The notes under the pieces are model-generated. The model was not told the DNA's origin. It ran no database searches and saw only the letters and a list, made by a program, of their open reading frames with translations. A stretch of 64,000 nt of DNA from a bacterium (GTDB lineage: Bacteria > Bacteroidota > Bacteroidia > Chitinophagales > JADIYW01), in assembly GCA_037189845.1 (NCBI GenBank), contig JBBCIS010000008.1, positions 120,645 through 184,644 on the forward strand, in the 5' to 3' direction. Numbering within the stretch: position 1 is the first letter of the stretch; each line of letters begins with the position of its first letter. The position numbers and the translations under genes are program-made. Of the stretch, positions 19,415 through 28,259 are shown one piece after another.

Positions 19415-21967
19415 TTAATTGGCAGATTTTTTAAACGAGTACTTAAGTGTGACGCCAAATGTAAGCGGGTCACCTAATACAGCAGCATAATGACCGGCAT
19501 TACCACCTGCAGGAAGTAATTGCTCGAAATAATCTTTGTCAGTCAGGTTACGACCCCAAACTGTAATAGAAAGACCATTGTCTGCTCTGAAACCAGCTCT
19601 GGCATTCAGTAAAGCATAACCATCAATATTCAGATATTGCGATGGCGATGGGCTGGATGAGAATTTACTTCTGAAAAATAAATCCACTCCTAAGAAATAA
19701 TTACCGGCTAAACCCAATAGTTTACCGTAGATCTGACCATCTCCACCGAATGAACCTGACCATTTAGAGATACCCGGAAGCTCTCCACCTGATATATCTT
19801 TAAATGCAGCCGTTCCACCTGTTTCCTCCAATGGCACCGGTGCATTAGTGAATTTTACATATTTTCCATCAGTATAAGCTAATGCCGTGTTGAATGTAAG
19901 ATTTTTGTTGACACGGAAGTTTCCGTCTAATTCAACTCCATGTACTCTTACTTTTTCAGCATTGGCAAGATATCCTCTGTTTACGCCCAACTCGGCAGTT
20001 TGTACCTGAGTTTGATAGTCATTAATGAGTGTGTGGAAGTAGGTTACATTCAAAATGGATTTGGTATTTGGACTACTTTTGATACCTACTTCTATGTGAT
20101 TGACACGTTCAGGCTTGATTTCTGCCAGTTCCAACATTGGTTGACCGTTAGCATTTGGAAGCCCTGCCGGATTTACACCTACAGGTTTGTAGCTGAGTGC
20201 ATAAGTTGCAAAACCGTTGATTTTCTTTGCTCTGTATGATAAGGTTGCCTGACCGGAAAAATTATGGTTTTTTACATCAGCTATGAATGCCTGACTGCCG
20301 TATACTGCGTTTTTCAGTGCAATCAATGCAGGATCATCTGTTTGTAAGCCACCAAATGTAGTTCTTTTGTAGTCCACATATTTTTTGTCATAGTTGTATC
20401 TCACACCCGGTAAGAAGTGGAATTTTTTTAATACTTCCCAGTCTGCCTGTGCAAACACTGCGGCTCCGAAAGTTTCTAATGTAGAGTTTGTTTTGATGCC
20501 ATAACCTTCAAAAAGGTTAGGTGTTTGCCATAATGGGCTGGTAGAGCTTTGGGAGAATCTCCATTGAGCAGAACCTGATTCTTCTGTACCGTCAATTGTG
20601 ATATTCTGGTCGATTAAGAATACCCCGATAACACCGCTTAATTTCTTATTGATTTCCCCTGCGTATCTTAATTCCTGAGACCAGTTTCTGTGTTTGGAAG
20701 GGTTTTGAGATTTTGCGAGTGCCTGTAATCCTGTAAAGTCTCTGTCATTGGACGGATCCCAGTTCCAGAATCTCCACGCAGTAGTTGATGTCAGCTTACC
20801 AGGACCTAATTTGATATCCACATTGGCAGATGCTCCACCTACGTCATTACCTGAACGCCATGGAGTATCGTGGTCTATTAATCTGTCGAAAGGATTTCTG
20901 CTTGGCAGCTCATAATTCAGATCTTTAATGATATTATCAAATTGTCTGTATTCAGCTCTTTGAGTTTTTACTACACCGGCCACTACCTGTGCATAACCTT
21001 CCGGTCGCTGACGGTTGTAATCTCCTGATAAAGTAATAGCAATATTATCTGTCGGCAGATAGAGAATCTGTCCTTTTACACCCAGGTTATTCAGGTCATT
21101 GATATATTTTTGAGTCACTATATTGTATACGTTGCCATCTCTTTGTGTTCCTGCAAACGATATTCTACCAGCAACTTTCTTGCTCCATAATGGTCCGGTG
21201 ACAGATGCTTTTGCCTGAATATATCCATAGTTTCCATAGCTGGCTTCAAAAGTAGCACCTGGCTGGAAGCTTGGTTTTCGGGTGGTAATATTGATAGCTC
21301 CTGCAGTTGTGTTTTTACCGAATAATGTTCCTTGTGGACCACGCAGGATTTCAACCCGTTCTACATCTATAAAGTCAAAAGTAGCAATTGCAGGTCTTGC
21401 ATGGTAAACTCCATCAATGTATACACCTACGCCCGGATCAATACCGTCATTTGTCAATCCAAATGTAGAGCCCAGACCACGAATGTTCAATGTTGTATTT
21501 CTTGGATTAGAAGTATATAACTGTAATGTAGGCGCACTTTCTTTGATTCTGTTTACGTTGAATGCTCCCTGGTCGTCAATTGCTTTTCCTCCGATAACAG
21601 AAATTGCAATTGGAATTTCTTGTAAGGTTTCTTCTCTACGACGTGCTGTTACTGTTACTTCTGTCAGTTCGATATTGTCATCCAAAATAATATCCAGATG
21701 AGTTTTTTCTTCTTCGATTTTGATTTCTCTGGTATTATAACCAACAGAACTGATTTTTAGAATATAAGGAAGTTCTTCAGGAACCTGAAGTTTAAAATTG
21801 CCGTCTTCATCAGCAATTGCATACAATTTTTCATTTTTAACTTCTACAGTGGCAAAAATAACAGGCTCATTAGCCGAATTTCTGATTTTTCCAGTGATGA
21901 ATTTTGCTGCATATGCATCTTGACCGATGAATAGTGCAATGGTAAGGAGTGTAAGTATTTTTTTCAT
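19415..21967 (-). CDS. TonB-dependent outer-membrane receptor with N-terminal CarboxypepD_reg-like domain; sulfur-depleted
   Basis: Signal peptide, VTVTARRREETLQEIP, plug motif ERVEILRGPQGTLFGKNTTAGAINI, barrel ending near YSF; no SusD partner; 0 Cys and 2 Met by manual count. Confidence 0.95.
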   Translation of the reverse strand: MKKILTLLTIALFIGQDAYAAKFITGKIRNSANEPVIFATVEVKNEKLYAIADEDGNFKLQVPEELPYILKISSVGYNTREIKIEEEKTHLDIILDDNIELTEVTVTARRREETLQEIPIAISVIGGKAIDDQGAFNVNRIKESAPTLQLYTSNPRNTTLNIRGLGSTFGLTNDGIDPGVGVYIDGVYHARPAIATFDFIDVERVEILRGPQGTLFGKNTTAGAINITTRKPSFQPGATFEASYGNYGYIQAKASVTGPLWSKKVAGRISFAGTQRDGNVYNIVTQKYINDLNNLGVKGQILYLPTDNIAITLSGDYNRQRPEGYAQVVAGVVKTQRAEYRQFDNIIKDLNYELPSRNPFDRLIDHDTPWRSGNDVGGASANVDIKLGPGKLTSTTAWRFWNWDPSNDRDFTGLQALAKSQNPSKHRNWSQELRYAGEINKKLSGVIGVFLIDQNITIDGTEESGSAQWRFSQSSTSPLWQTPNLFEGYGIKTNSTLETFGAAVFAQADWEVLKKFHFLPGVRYNYDKKYVDYKRTTFGGLQTDDPALIALKNAVYGSQAFIADVKNHNFSGQATLSYRAKKINGFATYALSYKPVGVNPAGLPNANGQPMLELAEIKPERVNHIEVGIKSSPNTKSILNVTYFHTLINDYQTQVQTAELGVNRGYLANAEKVRVHGVELDGNFRVNKNLTFNTALAYTDGKYVKFTNAPVPLEETGGTAAFKDISGGELPGISKWSGSFGGDGQIYGKLLGLAGNYFLGVDLFFRSKFSSSPSPSQYLNIDGYALLNARAGFRADNGLSITVWGRNLTDKDYFEQLLPAGGNAGHYAAVLGDPLTFGVTLKYSFKKSAN

Positions 21968-22010
21968 TTTATGATTTTGATATTGTTGTAAATGTTTGAT
22001 TGGTTAGGTG

Positions 22011-22061
22011 TTACAATATGCCACAACAATAGGGTCTGATAAAAATGAGTTGATTCTTCAT
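22011..22061 (-). CDS. Putative Cys-Cys leader peptide MKNQLIFIRPYCCGIL (16 aa)
   Basis: ATG AAG AAT CAA CTC ATT TTT ATC AGA CCC TAT TGT TGT GGC ATA TTG TAA, located between a TAnnTTTG promoter and the receptor start. Confidence 0.65.
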   Translation of the reverse strand: MKNQLIFIRPYCCGIL

Positions 22062-22084
22062 GGTGTCTAAGTATGATTCGGCAA

Positions 22085-22092
22085 CAAAGATA
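22085..22092 (-). promoter_or_regulatory. Bacteroidota sigma70 -7 element (TATCTTTG) for the leader-receptor transcript
   Basis: Exact TAnnTTTG match 23 nt upstream of the leader ATG. Confidence 0.7.
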
Positions 22093-22095
22093 TGA

Positions 22096-22163
22096 ATAGA
22101 TTTCTATATTCCTACTAATATTATAGATTAAATAGAAATAATAGATTAAATAGAGTTAGTAGG
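22096..22163. promoter_or_regulatory. Operator-like region with a direct repeat and a flanking inverted repeat
   Basis: ATAGATTAAATAGA at 22123-22136 and 22141-22154; CCTACTAA (22111-22118) and TTAGTAGG (22156-22163) are inverted. Confidence 0.5.
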
Positions 22164-22429
22164 GTTTGAGAATCAAAAAATTAGAATCAAAAAAATTATT
22201 GATTAAGGTGAAAAATTTAGCCGGATGTAAATGAATAGCCGGTTATCTGATTGTAATTCTGACAATTATTGAACTGTATTAAAATTTTGTAATTCTGTAA
22301 CTTTTTGAGAGATATTAAAGCCCGGAAAGTCTCCAGCCCCCAAAGAATGCTCTAATATTAAGAAAGGTTAAATATTTGCAAAAAGGACTGATTTTTATTG
22401 AATAGTCTGAGCCTTTATTATTTTTGAAT

Positions 22430-23788
22430 ATGCATATCCTTGTAGTGGATGACGATATCGCTTTTAATGATTTACTCAATAGATTTCTTACGAAAGAAGG
22501 TTTTATTGTGGAATCTGTTTACAGCTCAAAGGAAGTTTTAAATATCATTCAACAAAAAAGGGTAGATCTTGTCCTGGTAGATTACCAGCTGCCAGGTATG
22601 GACGGATTACAGCTGACAGAAAAAATCCACAACGAGCATCCGGGGTTACCGGTAATTCTGATCACCAATTATGCTGATATACGTGTCGCAGTAAATTCTA
22701 TCAAATTAGGTGCTTTTGAATTTGTAAGCAAACCGGTTATTCCGGATGAATTGCTGAAAATCATCAGGCTCGCGTTAACGAACACTTCAACTGTTACACA
22801 GAAAATATCTGTTCCTCCTCAGTATGTTATAGGTGAAAATGAAATGATGTCACAGCTGTGGAAACATCTTTCTGTAGTAGCGCCTACAAAAATGAATGTA
22901 TTGATCACGGGAGAAAGTGGTACAGGAAAAGAACATATCGCCCGGACTATCCACCAGATGAGCCGCCGTTCTCAGGGCCCGTTTGTGGCTGTAGATTGTG
23001 GTGCTTTGACTGTAGAGTTGGCTGGAAGTGAACTTTTCGGACATGTCAAAGGAGCTTTTACAGGAGCGAATGCAGATAAAAAAGGGCTTTTTGAAGAAGC
23101 TAAAGGCGGGACGCTGTTTCTGGATGAGGTTGGTAATTTACCTTATGAAATTCAGGTAGCATTATTGAGGGCAATTCAGGAGGAAACAGTTAAGAGAGTA
23201 GGAGGGAATAAGGAAATCAAAGTAGATGTGCGTCTGGTGGCAGCGACTAATGATAGGCTGGCGGAGAGTATAGAAAATCAGGTGTTCAGAAATGATCTGT
23301 TTCACCGTTTGAATGAATTTGAGCTTTATCTTCCGCCACTCAGAGACAGAATCAGTGATATTCTTGAATATTGTCAGTTCTTTATAGAGGCGGCCTGTGA
23401 GGAATTTGAGAAACCTGTGCTCAGATTGCATGAAGATGTAAAACAGATTTTTATGCATTATTCATGGCCGGGCAATCTGCGTGAGCTGAAAAACATTATC
23501 AGGAGAGCGGTCGTACTGGCAACCGGTGAAGAGCTGACGGCAGATCTACTTCCGGTAGGGTTGCAGGAAATGGCAATATCTGAACCATTGGTACAAAATG
23601 AAACTCTGAAAACAACCGGTCCGGTTCAGACTTTGAATATGAAAGATCAGAATCAGGAATTAGAAAAGCGCTTGCTGGTTGAAGCTTTGGAAAAATTCAA
23701 ATACAATAAAACAAAGGCTGCTGAAGCACTGAATATTGATCGTTCTACTTTGTACAAAAAGCTGAAGCAGTATAATATTGAAGCATAG
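22430..23788 (+). CDS. Sigma54-dependent response regulator (NtrC family: REC, AAA+, Fis HTH)
   Basis: ILVVDDD, DYQLPGMDG, GESGTGKE, GAFTGA, LFLDEVG, WPGNLREL, KTKAAEALNIDRSTLYKKL; ATG at 22430. Confidence 0.96.
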   Translation: MHILVVDDDIAFNDLLNRFLTKEGFIVESVYSSKEVLNIIQQKRVDLVLVDYQLPGMDGLQLTEKIHNEHPGLPVILITNYADIRVAVNSIKLGAFEFVSKPVIPDELLKIIRLALTNTSTVTQKISVPPQYVIGENEMMSQLWKHLSVVAPTKMNVLITGESGTGKEHIARTIHQMSRRSQGPFVAVDCGALTVELAGSELFGHVKGAFTGANADKKGLFEEAKGGTLFLDEVGNLPYEIQVALLRAIQEETVKRVGGNKEIKVDVRLVAATNDRLAESIENQVFRNDLFHRLNEFELYLPPLRDRISDILEYCQFFIEAACEEFEKPVLRLHEDVKQIFMHYSWPGNLRELKNIIRRAVVLATGEELTADLLPVGLQEMAISEPLVQNETLKTTGPVQTLNMKDQNQELEKRLLVEALEKFKYNKTKAAEALNIDRSTLYKKLKQYNIEA

Positions 23789-23802
23789 CTTTTTAAATAA
23801 AA

Positions 23803-23830
23803 AAGGTGAAGCCGTAAAGACCTCACCTGA
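23803..23830. terminator. Hairpin between convergent NtrC and GT2 genes
   Basis: AGGTGA(A)G...C(C)TCACCT with a preceding A-run. Confidence 0.55.
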
Positions 23831-23855
23831 GTTTCGCAATTATTTTGACCCCAAT

Positions 23856-25286
23856 TTATCCTCTTGTCAACCAACCTCTCCTGTTGGCGGTCAGTATGGC
23901 GTAAGGAGTAATCCAAAATAAAGCAAATGTATAGAAAACGCTATATGGATACGCCCAAAATGATTCCAATAGATTTTTGTGTCTTCTTGCATAAAAGAAC
24001 ACCTGTATGCTGGAGAATACTAATATTCCTGAAAGAGCTGATATGACAAATAATATCGGATGTGTGATCACAAAAACAAGCATTAATGCTGTCAAAGGCA
24101 ATGCTAAAATGACTCTCAGCCATTGATTCAGCAGTAAAATTCTCGGACCGATTTTAGAACCTTCGCGGAAGTTGGAAAATGCAAATTTGGTCATCATGAT
24201 ATTTTCTCTGACATTGCTTCTTTCCCAACGGGTAAACATTTTTTGGAGATTCTGATATTTTATAGGCACATCCGTCAATACATATGCATTTCTTTGGAAC
24301 AGCACATGATATCCTTGTTTCAGGATCATATTGGTCATTGCTCTGTCCTCACCGATATCTGAAGGTTGTCCCATGAAAGTCTGATTGATCCATTGGTCCA
24401 GACAATTCATCACTGCTTCTTTTCTGTATGCTGATAAGGCTCCCGGAGTACAAAGTACTGATCCCAGCATACTCTGAGCAGAACGGATAAATTCAAAGCT
24501 GAAGACGAAGCTGACATTGAGCATTTTAGGAATAATACCTTCATTCTGGTTCAATACCCTGACATTTCCTGCTACTGCACCGCATTTCTCATTCACTACA
24601 AACGGACTTGTCATGTTTCTCAACGTATCTTTTTTTACGATAGAATCACTGTCTACTGTAACAAAAATTTCTCCTGTAGCCAGGCCAAAACCTCTGTGCA
24701 GAGCGTGTCTTTTGCCTTTGTTTTCAGGCTGTTGAAAGATTGTTACCCTGTCTCCCAATTCATTTTTTGCTTTCTGCATCCAAAGCCAGGTGTCATCTTT
24801 ACTACCATCGTCTATTGCCAGTAGCTGGATTTTTTCTTTAGGATAATCACTAGCAGCAAGACTCATCAATGTCTGATACACCAGCTTGCCTTCATTGTAT
24901 GCCGGTACGATCACCGTACAGGCAGGCAGCTCTTCATCGGATACGGATGGAATAGATTTGTACCTGCGGTGTAAAACAAAAATGAAAAGCAGAAAACTCA
25001 ACTGTATGAACAACAGGCCGAAAGAAACGTATTTCACGGTCGGTCCCCAAAGCGTTTTCATTCTTTCCAGATGAAGCGCCTCAAATTTTGGGATAAGAAA
25101 AAATGCAGCAACAGCTGCTGCTATCATTACAGTAAATGTACTTGCCAGTAAGAGAATATCTCTTTTGCGAAGACAAGGAACTGCAACATTTTTTTGAACA
25201 TTTTTTGCAGTTTGCTGCGAAGAAGCATTGAAAGCTTCATAAGTCTCTTTGCTGGTCATTCGTTCGTTGATCACATACATAGGCAT
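23856..25286 (-). CDS. Processive GT2 glycosyltransferase, hyaluronan synthase/NodC-like
   Basis: Two N-terminal TMs, IVPAYNE, IDDGSKD, VTVDSDS, CTPGALSAYR, GEDRAMTN, MFTRWERS (QxxRW position), C-terminal TMs ending GWLTRG. Confidence 0.88.
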   Translation of the reverse strand: MPMYVINERMTSKETYEAFNASSQQTAKNVQKNVAVPCLRKRDILLLASTFTVMIAAAVAAFFLIPKFEALHLERMKTLWGPTVKYVSFGLLFIQLSFLLFIFVLHRRYKSIPSVSDEELPACTVIVPAYNEGKLVYQTLMSLAASDYPKEKIQLLAIDDGSKDDTWLWMQKAKNELGDRVTIFQQPENKGKRHALHRGFGLATGEIFVTVDSDSIVKKDTLRNMTSPFVVNEKCGAVAGNVRVLNQNEGIIPKMLNVSFVFSFEFIRSAQSMLGSVLCTPGALSAYRKEAVMNCLDQWINQTFMGQPSDIGEDRAMTNMILKQGYHVLFQRNAYVLTDVPIKYQNLQKMFTRWERSNVRENIMMTKFAFSNFREGSKIGPRILLLNQWLRVILALPLTALMLVFVITHPILFVISALSGILVFSSIQVFFYARRHKNLLESFWAYPYSVFYTFALFWITPYAILTANRRGWLTRG

Positions 25287-25336
25287 TAGTTTTTGGGACG
25301 ATAGAGTTGAAGAATTCTACCAGTCAGAATTGATTA

Positions 25337-25352
25337 GCCAATGATTGTGCCA
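25337..25352 (-). promoter_or_regulatory. Sigma54 -24/-12 promoter candidate for the GT2 gene
   Basis: Minus strand TGGCAC-AATCA-TTGGC against consensus TGGCAC-N5-TTGC, about 50 nt upstream of the start. Confidence 0.65.
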
Positions 25353-25383
25353 TGCGGTTTCCGGGTGTTTTTCAATAGTTTTT

Positions 25384-25422
25384 TGTAGGATTTTAGCGAC
25401 AGATTGTAGGATTTTCCTACGG
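25384..25422. promoter_or_regulatory. Tandem upstream activator sites (bEBP binding)
   Basis: TGTAGGATTTTAGCGACA (TGT-N12-ACA, 25384-25401) and TGTAGGATTTTCCTACGG (25405-25422, internal GTAGG/CCTAC palindrome). Confidence 0.6.
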
Positions 25423-25448
25423 TTTGTAGTGTGGGCGTGTTGTTTGAA

Positions 25449-27965
25449 CTATGTCAGTCCCGCAATTTCTGAATGAAGCTGTATCAGAATAGCATCCAGT
25501 TCCGGAATGAGCTTCTGAACTTCTTCTATTGTGCGGGAATGATTACCCATCTTTTCAAACACTTCAACAGATTGTAATCGCTCACTGAGATGCGTGATGC
25601 CGATTTGCTCACAACCGGATTTAAGCTGATGAGCCATTCGGGCCATTTCTGAAAAATCTTTTTTCTCTGTTGCAGCTTTCAGTACAACGATTTTGCTTTC
25701 AAAAGATTCCGTAAAAGATCTGCATACCTGTAGAATTTCGTCATCATTTGCATGATTCAAGGCCATTAATTGCTTCCAGTCAAAAGACGAAGATGAATTA
25801 CTCTTTTTGAAAGTTTTCTGAGATGCAAAAATTTCATCTATTGCCTGTAAAATATCTTTTTGTGTAAAAGGCTTCCCGAGCGTATTGGTAAAGCCTGATT
25901 CAATCAGTTCTTCGGCTTCTTTTTTACTGAGACTTGCTGATAAAGCAATTACCTGAGTTGTAAATTGACTTTTTACTTTCCGGAAAAAAGATTTTCCATC
26001 CATCTGAGGAAGATTCAGATCCGTCAGGATCAGGTCAAAGGCGCTTCCTTCGTTTTTTAATGCCTGCCAACCATCTTCTGCATTATTGAAAATGACCAGT
26101 TGCTGTATGTGATCTTTCAGATAATTCTGCAGAAGATATCCGTTCCATTCATCATCTTCTACTGCCAGAATACGAATAGGATACCAAACGTTTTCTGATT
26201 CTGTAATTTGTTCAGTGATATTATTTGCTGTGTAAGGAGCAGTTTTCACAGGTAATAGAATCGTGAATTCAGAACCTTTTCCGGGTGAAGATTTCAGTTT
26301 TATTTCTCCTCCGAAGCTTTCAATAATCTGCTTGGTAATAGATAATCCAAGTCCGGAACCATTAATATTTGTAACATGCTGAGTATTGATCTGATGAAAT
26401 GGCTGGAAAATAATTTCCTGGTTCTGAGCATCAATTCCGATTCCGGTATCTGTGATTTGAATCTGAACAGTTCTTTGGTCAATAAAGCTCCATTGAACAG
26501 CAATCCGCCCTTCTGTGGTAAACTTAAAAGCATTACTGATCAGGTTGAGCAAGATCTGTCTCAGTTTGATAGCATCTATCTGTATGGTGATGTTTTCAAA
26601 TTCAGGAGAATAGGCAATATTGAAATTCAGGTGCTGATTTTGCTGCTGATGCTGAAAAAGCAACAATAATTCCTGGCTTAAAGCCGGAATATAGACGTTG
26701 GAATTATCCAGCTGATAGGAGCCCGAATTGATTTTTGCCTGTTCAAGGATATTATTAATCAATTGCTGCAGATAAAAATTTGCCTGGAGAATACCCTGAA
26801 GATATTTATTGGAAGTTGCGCCATGAATTTCTTTGTTCAGCAGATTAGAAAAACCGGCAATGCTGTGGAGCGGAGTGCGGATTTCATGACTCATTCGGGA
26901 GAGGAAAATTTCTTTTGCCTGAGCCAGCTGTTCCGCCCGTTCTTTTTCTTCTTCTAATTTTTTACGGTAAATATGTGTCTGGGAAATATCTTTTATCAGG
27001 AAAATCAATAAAATCAAACCTAACAAAATACCTGCTCCGGCGATAATGAATGCTTCTTTATTGGAAGATTCAAGCTGTTGAATAGCCTGTTCCTGTTCGC
27101 GCCGCAGATTACTTGAATTGGTGCTTGCAATTTCATCCAGCAGTATCCTGATATTCTGCAACAACAATTGATTATAAGAAAGAATGCTCAGCTCAGTCGA
27201 ATATAGCTTCCTTTGGACCTGAATCTCATCATCAAGTACTTCTATCAGGATATCCTTTACTGCGGAAAGGGTCGTGTCAATAAAATAATCTCTTACAATC
27301 TGGCTGTTTTCGGTCAGCTCGATGTTGTAATTGAGCTGCTCCTGTTGTGTAGTAATGGTGTCAAAAGTAACCTTCTCTTTACCTCTGATCTTTCTGAAAA
27401 ATCCTGCAAATCCTTTATAGCTATCGGGAATTCTTACGATCTCAGTTTGTTCCACCGTATCTCTGTGTATGATCAGATCTTCTTTCTGAGTAATGGCAGT
27501 TTCTATAAATGCTGAATCAGAGATCTGATTTTTGATCTTATTGAGTGCCTGCTCTGTGAAAAAATGAGAATTCTGTCTGGTTTTGATAGCGATCAGCGTC
27601 TTGTATATATCTGACTTTTCAGCGACTCTTTGTCTCAGAGAATCCAGTTGAGCAGAATGAAGCGAAGACTCGCCTAATAAAAAATCCAGCTCATGGATTA
27701 AGCTGTCAGTTTTAGCCTTATGCTGCTCGGCCAGTATTTTCTCCTCTTTTTTGTTGGTGAGTATAAAATGATTGAGATGAAGATCCGTTTGAATGATAGA
27801 CTGAAAAATCTCATTGGTGATAGATGATTTGCTATCAGGTCGAACGATGCTTTGTATGGATTCTGAAGAATTCTGAAAGCTTTTTGCTCCCCATTGAATC
27901 AATGCCCAAAAAGTAATGGCGAGAATAATAATGATGAACCAGATTTTCGCAAGTGATCTCTTCAA
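25449..27965 (-). CDS. Hybrid sensor histidine kinase (periplasmic sensor, HisKA, HATPase, REC, Hpt)
   Basis: SHEIRTPL, NLISNAFKFT, DTGIGI, GSGLGLSI, LTDLNLPQMDG, Hpt AHQLKSGCEQIG. Confidence 0.95.
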   Translation of the reverse strand: MKRSLAKIWFIIIILAITFWALIQWGAKSFQNSSESIQSIVRPDSKSSITNEIFQSIIQTDLHLNHFILTNKKEEKILAEQHKAKTDSLIHELDFLLGESSLHSAQLDSLRQRVAEKSDIYKTLIAIKTRQNSHFFTEQALNKIKNQISDSAFIETAITQKEDLIIHRDTVEQTEIVRIPDSYKGFAGFFRKIRGKEKVTFDTITTQQEQLNYNIELTENSQIVRDYFIDTTLSAVKDILIEVLDDEIQVQRKLYSTELSILSYNQLLLQNIRILLDEIASTNSSNLRREQEQAIQQLESSNKEAFIIAGAGILLGLILLIFLIKDISQTHIYRKKLEEEKERAEQLAQAKEIFLSRMSHEIRTPLHSIAGFSNLLNKEIHGATSNKYLQGILQANFYLQQLINNILEQAKINSGSYQLDNSNVYIPALSQELLLLFQHQQQNQHLNFNIAYSPEFENITIQIDAIKLRQILLNLISNAFKFTTEGRIAVQWSFIDQRTVQIQITDTGIGIDAQNQEIIFQPFHQINTQHVTNINGSGLGLSITKQIIESFGGEIKLKSSPGKGSEFTILLPVKTAPYTANNITEQITESENVWYPIRILAVEDDEWNGYLLQNYLKDHIQQLVIFNNAEDGWQALKNEGSAFDLILTDLNLPQMDGKSFFRKVKSQFTTQVIALSASLSKKEAEELIESGFTNTLGKPFTQKDILQAIDEIFASQKTFKKSNSSSSFDWKQLMALNHANDDEILQVCRSFTESFESKIVVLKAATEKKDFSEMARMAHQLKSGCEQIGITHLSERLQSVEVFEKMGNHSRTIEEVQKLIPELDAILIQLHSEIAGLT

Positions 27966-28259
27966 AACTTTTTATATTGGTGAAAGAATTCCTGAACGTA
28001 TAAAGTTAATGATAATTACCATCGAAAAGGAATTGAGATAGCACCACGGCACTCGTATTTAAAAGCACTAATACACGAATTGTATTTTCGGGCATATCAT
28101 TACATCTTTATCCATCATATGTACAACCAAACTGCTTACAAAAGCAGTGCTTTATCCATTTATTAGTGAATTTGTGGCTATCTCTTTGAAAGATTGTCCG
28201 TCAGATATCTGATAGAAAGTTAAATGTGAATGCTCTGAGATCTCCTATGAGACAAATGA

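Noticed and set aside
22169-22200. AGAATCAAAAAA(A)TTA direct repeat
   Set aside because: Low-complexity and AT-rich with only two copies; no independent support for function.
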